A stretch of 64,000 nucleotides of DNA, taken from the sequence record MT887289.1, one strand, 5' to 3'. This document shows, piece by piece, positions 42,023 to 52,120 of this stretch. Made by a program: the position numbers and the translations under genes. The notes under the pieces are model-generated. The model had not been told where the DNA came from. It did no database searches and was given only the letters and a program-made list of their open reading frames with translations. The DNA comes from Escherichia phage SME50. The stretch's first letter is position 1. Each line of letters opens with the position of its first letter.

Positions 42023-42038
42023 ATTTCAAAGGTGCTTA

Positions 42039-42773
42039 ATGAAAGAGATGACAGAACAAGGTAAGGAGATTTTTAATCTCTTAAAAACTGGTAGAGGGTT
42101 TTCTAATCCCCTTATTACTGGTGCAGCAGTTCTCGGTGGAACCGTAGCTGCCTCTACATCACTTGTAAGCTCTATTAGCTCTGTAACAGACCCTACAATA
42201 AAGGATAAGCTTATTGCTGCTGGACTTACAACAGTTCTGCTTAATAGCTTTACAACGAGTCTGACAAGCACTACATCAACTACTAAGACACTGACAGATT
42301 ACGGTCAAAAGTCCATTGATGAGTTTTCATCACGTATGCAGGTAGCAAAAGGGTATTCCAATGTTATGGGTGCAGCAGGAGAGCAAGTTGGTTGTACACC
42401 ATTTAGTGGTATTATGGGTGTTGCTACAGAGTACGGTCAAAAAGCTATTGACACAATTAACAGTACACTAGACGGTGTTAATGATGTATTAAGTGACTTA
42501 CAAGATGCTATTGACAAAGGTCTTGATACTGTTTCTGATTTAGCTAACCAAGCTGTTAGCAAGATTAATGAAGGTATCTCGAAGATTACAGCTTATGCAG
42601 ATGAAGTTGTGCAGATGATTGAAGAAGAAGCTGCCCTTATTGCAGAGTACCTTAAAACAAATATCAATGGGTTCTTAGCAGGTATCTTACCAGACTGGTT
42701 TGATGATGCTTGTAAAACTGGTGTAATTGATACTATTGCAACACCAGAAATGAAGAACGCATTACAGAAATAA
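42039..42773 (+). CDS. hypothetical Ser/Thr-rich protein upstream of the packaging genes
   Basis: Start moved to ATG 42039 (MKEMTEQ) because the track ORF start (41976) overlaps tRNA-Phe. Confidence 0.45.
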   Translation: MKEMTEQGKEIFNLLKTGRGFSNPLITGAAVLGGTVAASTSLVSSISSVTDPTIKDKLIAAGLTTVLLNSFTTSLTSTTSTTKTLTDYGQKSIDEFSSRMQVAKGYSNVMGAAGEQVGCTPFSGIMGVATEYGQKAIDTINSTLDGVNDVLSDLQDAIDKGLDTVSDLANQAVSKINEGISKITAYADEVVQMIEEEAALIAEYLKTNINGFLAGILPDWFDDACKTGVIDTIATPEMKNALQK

Positions 42774-42774
42774 T

Positions 42775-42867
42775 GGAAGATTAACCCTAAAAGGTAAGGG
42801 AGCAGTTTGCTAAACTGCCAGTAGCTGAGAAATCGGTGTACCAGTTCAAGTCTGGTATCTTCCTCCA
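42775..42867 (+). tRNA. tRNA-Ser(GCT), class II
   Basis: Acceptor GGAAGAT/ATCTTCC, anticodon stem GCAGT/ACTGC with loop TTGCTAA, long variable arm, T-arm ACCAG-TTCAAGT-CTGGT, CCA encoded. Confidence 0.7.
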
Positions 42868-42871
42868 ATTT

Positions 42872-42947
42872 GAATCCGTGACAGAAATGGATATGTGCCT
42901 GTCTGCAAAACAGGTTTATAAGGGTTCGAGTCCCTTCGGATTCTCCA
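42872..42947 (+). tRNA. tRNA-Cys(GCA)
   Basis: Acceptor GAATCCG/CGGATTC, anticodon stem CCTGT/ACAGG with loop CTGCAAA, T-arm AAGGG-TTCGAGT-CCCTT, CCA encoded. Confidence 0.7.
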
Positions 42948-42984
42948 AGTTATTTTACTCTCTCTCAATTAAAATAATAATAAT

Positions 42985-43045
42985 GCCCTGCTATAAGTAT
43001 TCTTCCTTTCGCTACCGAAGAGTATTTTTAGACAGGGCTTTTTTA
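42985..43045 (+). terminator. terminator hairpin closing the tRNA array
   Basis: Long palindrome GCCCTG...CAGGGC followed by TTTTTT. Confidence 0.5.
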
Positions 43046-43109
43046 CAGAGTTATACTTTATAAGAAGACTTATACAGTATGTCTCTGACGTACATTGTGG
43101 TTTCTCCTT

Positions 43110-43133
43110 GACGGTCTCTGTACCGTCTTTTTT
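43110..43133 (+). terminator. rho-independent terminator
   Basis: GACGGT-CTCTGT-ACCGTC followed by TTTTTT. Confidence 0.55.
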
Positions 43134-43169
43134 AAGGGGAAACATGGTTAACTATTTGGAGAAAACATA

Positions 43170-43370
43170 ATGAGCGAGACCGTTTATAAAGAACTTTATG
43201 AAGCTAACAAAAAGCTAGAATTTATGCAGAACACTATCATGGCAATTGCAGACAGATTATCTGTAGCAACAGGTATTGATATCAAAGAAGCCTCTATGGA
43301 TGCACTTCTTGATGCTGTTGATGCAAAGTTCGAAGTTAAGAAAGAAGAGACTGCTACAGACTCTGAATAA
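43170..43370 (+). CDS. small hypothetical protein upstream of the large terminase
   Basis: 66-aa acidic ORF with good RBS spacing. Confidence 0.45.
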   Translation: MSETVYKELYEANKKLEFMQNTIMAIADRLSVATGIDIKEASMDALLDAVDAKFEVKKEETATDSE

Positions 43371-43391
43371 TTCTATTTGCGGAGGTGCTTA

Positions 43392-44993
43392 ATGGACTTA
43401 AATGCTGTTAAGCAGAAGCGAGTGGAAGATGTTAGGAAAGTCCTAGCTGGAGAGTTGGGGCTTTCTGATGAAGTAAAAGAAATTATCAAATCATTCGGTA
43501 AAGACCCCTCTAAATTCCTTCCAACTCAAATTCTGACTTTATTAAGATACACACCAGACCAAGTTAGACTTATCTTCAAATTGATGACTGATAAGAACTA
43601 TGTAGCCCCTCAGCCGGGTTCTCAAGAGGTCTTTTTAAATACTAATGCTGACTTGGTTCTATATGGTGGTGCTGCTGGTGCTGGTAAAACTGCTGCATTG
43701 TTAATGGACTCTTTAAGGTTTATTGAAGACCCTAACTATAATGCTGTATATTTCCGTCGAAATACAACACAGTTACAAGGTGGTTTATGGCCTGCTGCAA
43801 AGAAACTATTTGGTAAGTTTGGTGGGGTTCCTCACGAGCAGAAGATGACTATCACATTCCCTTCTGGGGCAACTATTAAGTTCACCTACCTAGAACTTGA
43901 AAAGCACGCTGAAGGTCATCAGGGTATTGAATACTCAGCTATTTACTTTGACGAAGGTACACACTTCTCTGCTTCACAGATTTCATACCTACAGACCCGT
44001 CTACGTTCTGGTGCTGAAGGTGATTCATACATGAAGATTTCTATGAACCCAGATAGAGACCACTTCATTTATGATTGGGTAGAGCCATTCTTAGATGAAG
44101 AAGGTTACCCAGACCCTGAGAAGTGTGGTCGTATTCGTTGGTATGTTATGAATGATGGTGTGATGGTTTCTGATTGGGAAAGAGACAAGATTCTTGAAAT
44201 GTTCCCTCTTGAGATTCCTCAGACATACACCTTCATCTCTGGTACGATTGATGATAACCCAATTCTTGACTTCTTAGAACCTAAATATCGTGGTAAGTTG
44301 GAAAACAACACACCTGTAAACGTTGCAAGACTTCGTTTCGGTAACTGGAAGGCTCGTGCAGAAGGTTCAAACTATTGGCAAAGACAATGGTGTGAGATTG
44401 TTGATTCACTCCCAGAAGATGTGTTTGATGTCAGAGCATGGGACTTAGCAGCAACTTTACCATCTGAGATTAACCCTAATCCAGACTGGACAGCGGGTGT
44501 TAAGATGGGTAAATCTAAAAAAGACGGTTGCTATTATATCATTGATGTAGTAAGATTTAGAGATAGACCCTCTGGAGTCGAAACACAAATTAATTTGACT
44601 GCTGAAAGTGACGGTAAGCGAACTGGTATTTTTATCCCTCAAGACCCAGGCGCTGCTGGTAAATCCTATGCAACATCCCTCATCAGGAAACTTGCCGAGA
44701 AAGGTTATCGCGCAAGAGCTAAACCAACAAATAAAGATAAAGTTACCCGCTTTGCGGGATTTTCTGCTGCTTCTGAAGCTGGACTTGTAAAAGTCTTGAG
44801 AGGTAGCTGGAACGAAGCTTACTTCCAAGAACTTGAAGGTTTTTGTGGTGATGGCAAAACTAAAGATGACCAAGTGGATGCTACCAGTGATGCTTTCAAC
44901 AGTCTTAATGAAGTTAAATTATTCAAGCCACCATCAATGGGTGCTCACACAGACTTAGTGAGAGGAAACCCATACGAGGGGCTTAGACGTTGA
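43392..44993 (+). CDS. terminase large subunit
   Basis: Walker A motif LYGGAAGAGKTAALL; ATG at 43392 preceded by GGAGG (track ORF begins at TTG 43377). Confidence 0.75.
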   Translation: MDLNAVKQKRVEDVRKVLAGELGLSDEVKEIIKSFGKDPSKFLPTQILTLLRYTPDQVRLIFKLMTDKNYVAPQPGSQEVFLNTNADLVLYGGAAGAGKTAALLMDSLRFIEDPNYNAVYFRRNTTQLQGGLWPAAKKLFGKFGGVPHEQKMTITFPSGATIKFTYLELEKHAEGHQGIEYSAIYFDEGTHFSASQISYLQTRLRSGAEGDSYMKISMNPDRDHFIYDWVEPFLDEEGYPDPEKCGRIRWYVMNDGVMVSDWERDKILEMFPLEIPQTYTFISGTIDDNPILDFLEPKYRGKLENNTPVNVARLRFGNWKARAEGSNYWQRQWCEIVDSLPEDVFDVRAWDLAATLPSEINPNPDWTAGVKMGKSKKDGCYYIIDVVRFRDRPSGVETQINLTAESDGKRTGIFIPQDPGAAGKSYATSLIRKLAEKGYRARAKPTNKDKVTRFAGFSAASEAGLVKVLRGSWNEAYFQELEGFCGDGKTKDDQVDATSDAFNSLNEVKLFKPPSMGAHTDLVRGNPYEGLRR

Positions 44994-45009
44994 TAGCTAG
45001 GTGAGAAGA

Positions 45010-46476
45010 ATGGCAGAAATTACAGAAACACAAGAAAGCTTACCACCATTTAGAATGGGTGAAGTAGGTTCTTTGGGTCTGAAGGTTAAGAATGGTAGAA
45101 TCTATGAAGAACCTCGTCAGGCACTAAGGTTCCCTGAAAGTATTAAAACTTTCCAATTAATGATGCGTGACCCTGCTGTAGCAGCATCTGTAAATATTAT
45201 TAAGATGTTTGTCAGAAAAGTCAACTGGAGATTCGTACCTCCAAAGGGAAAAGAGCAAGACCCTAAAATGCTTGAAAGAGCAGACTTCTTTAATTCTTTA
45301 ATGGATGACATGGAGCATGATTGGGCAGATTTTATTAACTCTGTAATGTCATTCTGCACTTATGGGTTCTGTGTTAACGAAAAGGTTTATAAGAAACGTC
45401 AGGGTAAAAAAGGAAAGTATCAGTCAAAATTTGATGATGGTCTAATTGGGTGGGCTAAATTACCAATCAGAAATCAATCAACACTTGATAAGTGGTATTT
45501 TGACGAAGACTTTAGAAAAGTTACTGGTGTTAGACAAAATCTAAGAAATGTTTCACATATTGCTGGAGCAATTAATCTTGGAGAAAGACCACTAACAAGA
45601 AAACTTCCACGAGCTAAATTCATGCTGTTTAAGTATGATGATGAGTATGGTAACCCAGAAGGTCGTTCACCATTACTTAATGCTTATGTACCGTGGAAGT
45701 ATAAAGTACAGATTGAAGAGTATGAAGCTGTTGGTGTTTCAAGAGACTTAGTAGGTATGCCAAAAATTGGTTTACCACCAGATTATCTGGATGAAAATGC
45801 AGAACCTGAAAAGAAAGCTTTCGTACAATACTGCAAAACTGTTGTTAATGATATGATTGCTAATGACAGAGCAGGTTTAATCTGGCCTAGATATATCGAC
45901 CCAGAAACTAAAGAGGATATCTTTGAGTTCTCATTAGTTTCTAGACAGGGTGCTAAAGCATATGACACAGGCTCTATTATTGACAGATATTCCAAGCAAA
46001 TTATGATGGCATTTATGTCAGATGTTCTTGCTATGGGTCAGTCAAAATACGGTTCATTCTCTCTTGCAGATTCTAAGACAAGCTTATTAGCAATGTCAGT
46101 AGATATTCTGCTGAAGCAAATTAAGAACGTAATTAACCGTGATTTAGTTGCACAGACTTATGCTCTTAATATGTGGGATGATGAAGAACATGTACAAATC
46201 ACATATGATGATATCGAAACTCCAGACCTTGAAGCAATTGGTTCTTATATTCAGAAGACTGTTGCAGTAGGTGCTTTGGAAGTTGACAAAGAGCTATCTA
46301 ATAAACTTAGAGAGCATATTGGCCTTCCTCCTGCTGATGAGTCTCAGCCAGTATCTGAAAAGCTTTCTCCAAATAGCCAAAGCCGTTCAGGAGATGGTTA
46401 TAAGACCGCTGGAGAAGGTACTGCAAAGACACCTTCAGCGAAAGACCCAAGCACAGCAAATAAGGCAAATAAATAA
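45010..46476 (+). CDS. portal protein (putative)
   Basis: About 490-aa ORF immediately after the large terminase; ATG at 45010. Confidence 0.55.
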   Translation: MAEITETQESLPPFRMGEVGSLGLKVKNGRIYEEPRQALRFPESIKTFQLMMRDPAVAASVNIIKMFVRKVNWRFVPPKGKEQDPKMLERADFFNSLMDDMEHDWADFINSVMSFCTYGFCVNEKVYKKRQGKKGKYQSKFDDGLIGWAKLPIRNQSTLDKWYFDEDFRKVTGVRQNLRNVSHIAGAINLGERPLTRKLPRAKFMLFKYDDEYGNPEGRSPLLNAYVPWKYKVQIEEYEAVGVSRDLVGMPKIGLPPDYLDENAEPEKKAFVQYCKTVVNDMIANDRAGLIWPRYIDPETKEDIFEFSLVSRQGAKAYDTGSIIDRYSKQIMMAFMSDVLAMGQSKYGSFSLADSKTSLLAMSVDILLKQIKNVINRDLVAQTYALNMWDDEEHVQITYDDIETPDLEAIGSYIQKTVAVGALEVDKELSNKLREHIGLPPADESQPVSEKLSPNSQSRSGDGYKTAGEGTAKTPSAKDPSTANKANK

Positions 46477-46976
46477 TGGCTGAAGTTATCTCTATTTCAA
46501 ATGCTACACGAGTGCATTCGTATAGAGGTGTCCTTATCATTACTGATAAGTTATCTGTAGAGGCTGGCTCAAGGGTCAGCCTTTCAGGTTATGTTAGTGA
46601 TGGTGGAATCTCTGACGTTTTCACTATTTGTAGGTTACTTGATGCACCAATGAGTGGAAAACCGTTTATTTCAGGAAATTGTAGTGAAATTGTTAAAATT
46701 CCATTTGACAGTTCATGCCTTTTGGGTGTAAAGTTATATAACTGCGAGAATAAACGTATCAATGTTAATAGCATTGAAGCCGCTTTCATTACCCTCGACA
46801 CTGCATTTCAATCTCCAATGACAGTTAATAAAGAAACAAACAGACTTGAATACATTTTTTCACAAAATGATTACAAAGTACTTGTCAAAGGTAAAGTATA
46901 TGATATGATTGTAAATGTGGTAGATGAATCTGGTAACCATTCAACAGTCCTTAAACAAAAAGTAAGGTTTAATTAA
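46476..46976 (+). CDS. hypothetical protein (head module)
   Basis: 166-aa ORF, start overlaps portal stop. Confidence 0.45.
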   Translation: MAEVISISNATRVHSYRGVLIITDKLSVEAGSRVSLSGYVSDGGISDVFTICRLLDAPMSGKPFISGNCSEIVKIPFDSSCLLGVKLYNCENKRINVNSIEAAFITLDTAFQSPMTVNKETNRLEYIFSQNDYKVLVKGKVYDMIVNVVDESGNHSTVLKQKVRFN

Positions 46977-47308
46977 TGGGAACATTAACTATTGATGGTA
47001 AGAATAAAATCCTCGCCACGCTAACCCCAACGACTATTATTTTACACAATGTAGACCCAACGGCAGACCCTACAGCAAATAAGGTTACTCAGCCAGTGGC
47101 TATTTATTTTTCTGAACCGGATAATGGCTTAATTGCCTCAGAAGACACAGTTAATATCACTGTTCCAGCTTCTGCAACGGTCTCACACTATAGCTTGTGG
47201 GATGCTAACGATAAATGCGTGGCAACTGGTGCTCTTAGCAAACCTCAATTCTTTGCTGAAGAAGGTATCTATGTTATCTCTTCAGTCTCTGTAGATTTAA
47301 ACAAATAG
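46976..47308 (+). CDS. hypothetical protein (head module)
   Basis: 110-aa ORF. Confidence 0.45.
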   Translation: MGTLTIDGKNKILATLTPTTIILHNVDPTADPTANKVTQPVAIYFSEPDNGLIASEDTVNITVPASATVSHYSLWDANDKCVATGALSKPQFFAEEGIYVISSVSVDLNK

Positions 47309-47319
47309 GGTGAGTAAAA

Positions 47320-48666
47320 ATGAGTTCGAATATCTTCAGACTTGCTGATAGATTATTCAACCAACCTTTACTAGCCACTGAATCATTAGCTCACTCAGCA
47401 GCAACTTATGTGAATAACAGATTGCTGGGTGATGTCCAAGCAGCAGTAAACTTTGATAAACCCAAAGGTGAAGCAAGAAGTCTTTTAAAAGTAAAAGATG
47501 ACATTGCTATTATCCCTATTATGGGTGGTTTAACTCATCGTATGACATTCATTGATGCAATGTGTACAGGTGGTCTAAGCTCTTATGAAGGTTTACGTAG
47601 AGGCTTTGACGAAGCTTTAGCAGATGAGTCAATTAAGACTATTGTTCTGCATATTGATTCTGGTGGTGGTGAAGCTTCAGGTTGCTTTGAATTAGCACGT
47701 CACATCATGGCTTCAAGAGGCCAAAAGAAAATTATTGCTTATGTAGATGAGTTCGCTTGTTCCGCTGCATATGCTCTTGCATCTTCTGCTGAAGAAATTA
47801 TTGCATCACCAGATGCAGATGTTGGTTCTATTGGTGTAATTATGGTTCATCAGGAATTAACTAAGGCATTTGAAAAGAATGGCGTAACAATTAACGTCAT
47901 CAAAGCTGGTGAGTTTAAAGGTATGGGTTCACCATTCCAAGCACTTTCAGAAGAAAGCAAAGAAAGACTTCAAAAGAGAATTAATGATACCTACGCAACT
48001 TTTACAGGTTTTGTAGCTGAGTCTCGTAATCTCTCTGAAGAAGCTGTAAAGAATACTGAGGCGAATGTTTATTCTGCTCAGGAAGCTCTTGAACTTGGTT
48101 TAATTAACTCAATCATGTCTCAAGATGATTTCTTAAATTACTTACAAGGTTCTGAAGAGGCTCCTGTAAGTTTAAACGTTAACAATTCAGGTGAAGAAAT
48201 GACTGAACAAGAAAAGCAAGAACTAGAAGCTTTGCGTCTTCAGGTTGCTCAAATGAAAGCTAAAGAACAGGAAGCTGCTTTGTCAGATTTGACTAATAAG
48301 ATTTCTGCTTCTGCTGAAGCTTTTGGATTTGATGCAAAAGAAGCTGCAACGACTATTTTAGGTGCTGGTCTTGATAACCCTCTGAGCGTTCTGTTTATGA
48401 ATGCTATGGAAGGTGCTAACCAGAAACTTAATGAAACTATCGCGTCCCATGCTTCTGCAATGGAAGAGAAAGAATCAGAAATTACCAAGCTGAAAGAAAC
48501 TGCTGGTGCTGTTCTTGAACATTCCAATGCTATGGAAGAAGTGGGTAATGACGGCGAAGCTGATTTGGTTGAAGAAGAAAAAGAACCAGCTAAGAATGCT
48601 TCCGAAGACACCGCTGAACAACGCAAACTGGCTCTCCAGAATGCTCTAAAATCTCTTATCAAATAA
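47320..48666 (+). CDS. prohead protease (S49/ClpP-like) fused to a scaffold-like coiled-coil C-terminal region
   Basis: S49-like motifs (IVLHIDSGGGEASG; FACSAAYALASSAEEIIASP); Glu/Ala-rich helical C-terminus. Confidence 0.6.
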   Translation: MSSNIFRLADRLFNQPLLATESLAHSAATYVNNRLLGDVQAAVNFDKPKGEARSLLKVKDDIAIIPIMGGLTHRMTFIDAMCTGGLSSYEGLRRGFDEALADESIKTIVLHIDSGGGEASGCFELARHIMASRGQKKIIAYVDEFACSAAYALASSAEEIIASPDADVGSIGVIMVHQELTKAFEKNGVTINVIKAGEFKGMGSPFQALSEESKERLQKRINDTYATFTGFVAESRNLSEEAVKNTEANVYSAQEALELGLINSIMSQDDFLNYLQGSEEAPVSLNVNNSGEEMTEQEKQELEALRLQVAQMKAKEQEAALSDLTNKISASAEAFGFDAKEAATTILGAGLDNPLSVLFMNAMEGANQKLNETIASHASAMEEKESEITKLKETAGAVLEHSNAMEEVGNDGEADLVEEEKEPAKNASEDTAEQRKLALQNALKSLIK

Positions 48667-48677
48667 GGAACACAATA

Positions 48678-49055
48678 ATGGCATATCAAGGTTTTACTAA
48701 GTTAGGTAAAAGAGAACCTCTGAATGATATCATTCTTTGGGAACAGGTTACCCCAACAGGCCACTCTCGTAAAGAGTACACTCCACAGGCATCTACAGAA
48801 TATCGTGTAGGCGAAGTTCTGAAAGCAGATGGTACTAAAGTTACAGCAGGGCAAGAAGCTCAGGCTGATTCGGTATGTATCGTTAACTTTTATGCAGACC
48901 TGCAACTGTCTTACCACGGTCAGTTGAAAGTTGTTGGTATTTACCGCGACGCAGAACTAAAAGACCTGCTTACTCTTGAGTCAGGTGTTGATGCTGCCGC
49001 AGTCAAGACAGCTCTGGCTGCTAAAGGTATTGATTTCGTACCAACTGGCCTGTAA
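48678..49055 (+). CDS. head decoration/accessory protein (putative)
   Basis: 125-aa ORF between protease and major capsid protein. Confidence 0.4.
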   Translation: MAYQGFTKLGKREPLNDIILWEQVTPTGHSRKEYTPQASTEYRVGEVLKADGTKVTAGQEAQADSVCIVNFYADLQLSYHGQLKVVGIYRDAELKDLLTLESGVDAAAVKTALAAKGIDFVPTGL

Positions 49056-49088
49056 TAACAATAATAAGACATTCTGGAGAATTTTACA

Positions 49089-50195
49089 ATGTTGACTAAT
49101 TCTGAAAAAAGCAGATTTTTCCTTGCTGACCTGACTGGTGAAGTCCAGTCTATCCCAAATACTTATGGGTATATTTCCAACTTAGGTCTGTTCCGTTCAG
49201 CACCAATCACCCAAACTACTTTCCTTATGGACTTGACTGATTGGGATGTTAGCTTGCTTGATGCGGTAGACCGTGATAGCCGTAAAGCAGAGACTAGCGC
49301 ACCTGAGCGTGTTCGTCAAATCAGCTTCCCAATGATGTATTTCAAAGAAGTTGAAAGCATCACTCCTGATGAAATTCAGGGTGTACGTCAGCCAGGCACT
49401 GCAAACGAACTGACTACTGAAGCTGTAGTACGTGCTAAGAAGCTGATGAAGATTCGTACCAAGTTCGATATTACTCGTGAGTTCCTGTTTATGCAAGCTC
49501 TGAAGGGTAAAGTTGTTGACGCTCGTGGTACTCTGTACGCTGACCTGTACAAGCAGTTCGACGTTGAGAAGAAAACTGTTTACTTCGACCTTGACAACCC
49601 TAATGCTGACATTGACGCTTCTATTGAAGAACTGCGTATGCACATGGAAGATGAAGCGAAGACTGGCACTGTAATCAACGGTGAAGAAATTCACGTAGTT
49701 GTTGACCGTGTATTCTTCAGCAAACTGGTTAAGCATCCTAAGATTCGTGACGCTTATCTTGCACAGCAGACTCCGCTGGCTTGGCAACAGATTACTGGTT
49801 CTCTGAGAACTGGTGGTACTGACGGCGTTCAGGCTCACATGAACACTTTCTACTACGGTGGTGTTAAGTTTGTCCAGTACAACGGTAAGTTCAAAGACAA
49901 GCGTGGTAAGGTTCACACTCTGGTGAGCATTGACAGCGTAGAAGCTACTGTTGGTGTTGGTCATGCTTTCCCTAACGTTTCTATGCTGGGCGAAGCAAAC
50001 AACATCTTTGAAGTGGCATATGGCCCATGTCCTAAGATGGGTTATGCAAATACACTTGGTCAGGAACTGTACGTATTCGAATACGAAAAAGACCGTGACG
50101 AAGGTATTGACTTCGAAGCTCACTCTTACATGCTGCCATACTGTACTCGTCCTCAGTTGCTGGTAGATGTTCGCGCTGATGCTAAAGGCGACTAA
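49089..50195 (+). CDS. major capsid protein (putative)
   Basis: 368-aa ORF after the protease/scaffold gene; codon usage distinct from neighbours (CTG, CGT, GGT rich). Confidence 0.6.
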   Translation: MLTNSEKSRFFLADLTGEVQSIPNTYGYISNLGLFRSAPITQTTFLMDLTDWDVSLLDAVDRDSRKAETSAPERVRQISFPMMYFKEVESITPDEIQGVRQPGTANELTTEAVVRAKKLMKIRTKFDITREFLFMQALKGKVVDARGTLYADLYKQFDVEKKTVYFDLDNPNADIDASIEELRMHMEDEAKTGTVINGEEIHVVVDRVFFSKLVKHPKIRDAYLAQQTPLAWQQITGSLRTGGTDGVQAHMNTFYYGGVKFVQYNGKFKDKRGKVHTLVSIDSVEATVGVGHAFPNVSMLGEANNIFEVAYGPCPKMGYANTLGQELYVFEYEKDRDEGIDFEAHSYMLPYCTRPQLLVDVRADAKGD

Positions 50196-50216
50196 TATTC
50201 TTAAGGAGGGTTATGA

Positions 50217-50666
50217 ATGTGTTATACAGGCGACCCAGCCAATAACCCTCTTGATAGAGTAAGAATCCTCTGCACAGACACCAATAATGATGAAATTCTT
50301 ATTGAACAGTCTGTGCTAGAGTGGTTCTATCTAGAATCTGGAAAGGATGAAAAGAAAGCAGCCATCAAAGCTCTTAAATATTTACTCTTTCAAGTAGCCA
50401 AGATGGGAGATGAGAAGGTTGGTGGTGTTTATTTACGTAACTCTTCCAGATTCAAATCTCTGAAAGCTGTTTATGATGACCTTGTTAAAAGCTCTGTTTC
50501 AGGACTACCCTATGCAGGTGGCATTAATCAGTGTGATATTGACATGCGTCGTCAGAATCCTTGCTCTGTCAAGAAATACACAGAATATGGTGATGCTGCC
50601 AGATACGAAGGCAGAGATTACTGCAACCGTGTTAATGGCGTATTTATTATCGAGCGAGATGAATAA
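50217..50666 (+). CDS. hypothetical protein (head completion/connector region)
   Basis: 149-aa ORF with AGGAGGG RBS. Confidence 0.45.
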   Translation: MCYTGDPANNPLDRVRILCTDTNNDEILIEQSVLEWFYLESGKDEKKAAIKALKYLLFQVAKMGDEKVGGVYLRNSSRFKSLKAVYDDLVKSSVSGLPYAGGINQCDIDMRRQNPCSVKKYTEYGDAARYEGRDYCNRVNGVFIIERDE

Positions 50667-51148
50667 TGGTTAAAAGGGTTATTCACCCCGCTAGAGCAAA
50701 ATTAGTCGGGGCTATGAAGAACTTGCAAACGGCTAATGCTCAAGTTGGGTATTTTCAAGAACAAGGTCAACATAGCTCTGGTTTTTCTTATCCTGCTTTA
50801 ATGTATTTACAAGAAGTTATTGGGGTTCCCTCAGCTTCTGGTAAAGTATATCGTAGGTTGTTTGAAATCACTATGATGCTAAACAGACAGACCTTGTTAG
50901 AGCAGACTAAGAAGAATCTATATAAGCAACTTAGCAGTCTCAACACAGACCCTTCAAATACCTTAGAAGCATTTGCAAAGAATGCTCAAAAGGCAATTAA
51001 AAGAGGTTTTGGTAATTCTGCTATCCTCCCTCCTAACGCACCTTCCACAGTCAAGAAAAAAGGCTTTAATGCACCTCTTGTTGAGACAGGTGACTTAAGG
51101 GAGAACCTTGCTTATAAAATTTCTACTAAGAAGGGTATTAAAAAATGA
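50666..51148 (+). CDS. hypothetical protein (head-tail joining region)
   Basis: 160-aa ORF. Confidence 0.45.
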   Translation: MVKRVIHPARAKLVGAMKNLQTANAQVGYFQEQGQHSSGFSYPALMYLQEVIGVPSASGKVYRRLFEITMMLNRQTLLEQTKKNLYKQLSSLNTDPSNTLEAFAKNAQKAIKRGFGNSAILPPNAPSTVKKKGFNAPLVETGDLRENLAYKISTKKGIKK

Positions 51149-51546
51149 GGCTCTTAAACAGACACAGCTTTATAGTAAAGCGTAAAGTCTCTGAAGATGG
51201 TTATTATAATGATGATGGTGATTGGGTAGCTTCACAAGATATTGTAGAGGTTAACTGTAAAGGTAATATCCAGCCATATATCAAAGGTTCTGTAAAGAAT
51301 GGTACACAGATTGCTTTACCGGAAGGTATTAGGCTTACCGATACAAGAATCCTGTATACTACATATAAACTTAGAACTTCAGATGATGTAGAGTGGAATG
51401 AGTCTGATATTGTTATAATTGATGGTCATGAGTATGAAGTATTTATGACTATGGATTGGTCACAGCAATTAGCCCATACGTCCCATTATGAATATATCAT
51501 TATTAGAAGGGATAAAATGAATGCAGTTAGAAACAGCAGAACTTGA
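51145..51546 (+). CDS. hypothetical protein (head-tail joining region)
   Basis: 133-aa ORF. Confidence 0.45.
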   Translation: MRLLNRHSFIVKRKVSEDGYYNDDGDWVASQDIVEVNCKGNIQPYIKGSVKNGTQIALPEGIRLTDTRILYTTYKLRTSDDVEWNESDIVIIDGHEYEVFMTMDWSQQLAHTSHYEYIIIRRDKMNAVRNSRT

Positions 51547-52120
51547 AAAAGGTCTAGTTAGAACCTTAGTGGATGTTATTGGTCACAGACTAGCTCGTGA
51601 TAAAAATAATAGGCCAAATGTAATTAGAGCTTACCCTTCTGATAACTCAAATGACAAAGGTTTAAAACCTGACCAGCCATTTATTACCGTATATTGTCAA
51701 GATGCTGCAACACCTTATGGTTGGGTTCTTGATAAGTTTGTTGAGGATGATGTAGTTTGCTACAGAATTGCTTTTCAGATTCCAGTATTAATTACGGTGA
51801 ATGGTAAAGGTGCTCACAGTATTATGCTTGAGCTTAAACAACGATTAGAGATGAGTTCAGTCAGGGATTTAATTCTTGAAGAGACAGGAGCTACAGTTTT
51901 AGACACTGGAGCTATCCCAAATGACTACACTTATCTTAATACAGATTTCGAAAATTCTGCACCTCTTGTTGTAACTCTTGTAAAAAATTCAGTCCTGAAA
52001 GATGAACGTGGAGGTATTATTGAACGTGTCATTGTTGATGGTGAATTAGTTTACGAAGAAGGACAAGAGCCACCAGAATATACTATCCATCTAGATGTAG
52101 ACTCCAAAGGGGTAAAATAA
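51521..52120 (+). CDS. hypothetical protein (tail module)
   Basis: 199-aa ORF. Confidence 0.45.
   Translation: MQLETAELEKGLVRTLVDVIGHRLARDKNNRPNVIRAYPSDNSNDKGLKPDQPFITVYCQDAATPYGWVLDKFVEDDVVCYRIAFQIPVLITVNGKGAHSIMLELKQRLEMSSVRDLILEETGATVLDTGAIPNDYTYLNTDFENSAPLVVTLVKNSVLKDERGGIIERVIVDGELVYEEGQEPPEYTIHLDVDSKGVK

Noticed and set aside
41976-42038. N-terminal extension of track ORF 41976-42773
   Set aside because: Overlaps tRNA-Phe; start moved to ATG 42039
37100-42950. tRNA array as a prophage attachment site or integrated element boundary
   Set aside because: No integrase, recombinase or flanking host genes in the window; the tRNAs are phage-encoded within a lytic-phage gene order
49197-50123. 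308-aa ORF on the minus strand
   Set aside because: Lies entirely antisense to the major capsid gene (49089-50195), whose context and codon usage support the plus strand; long antisense frames are expected opposite highly biased genes
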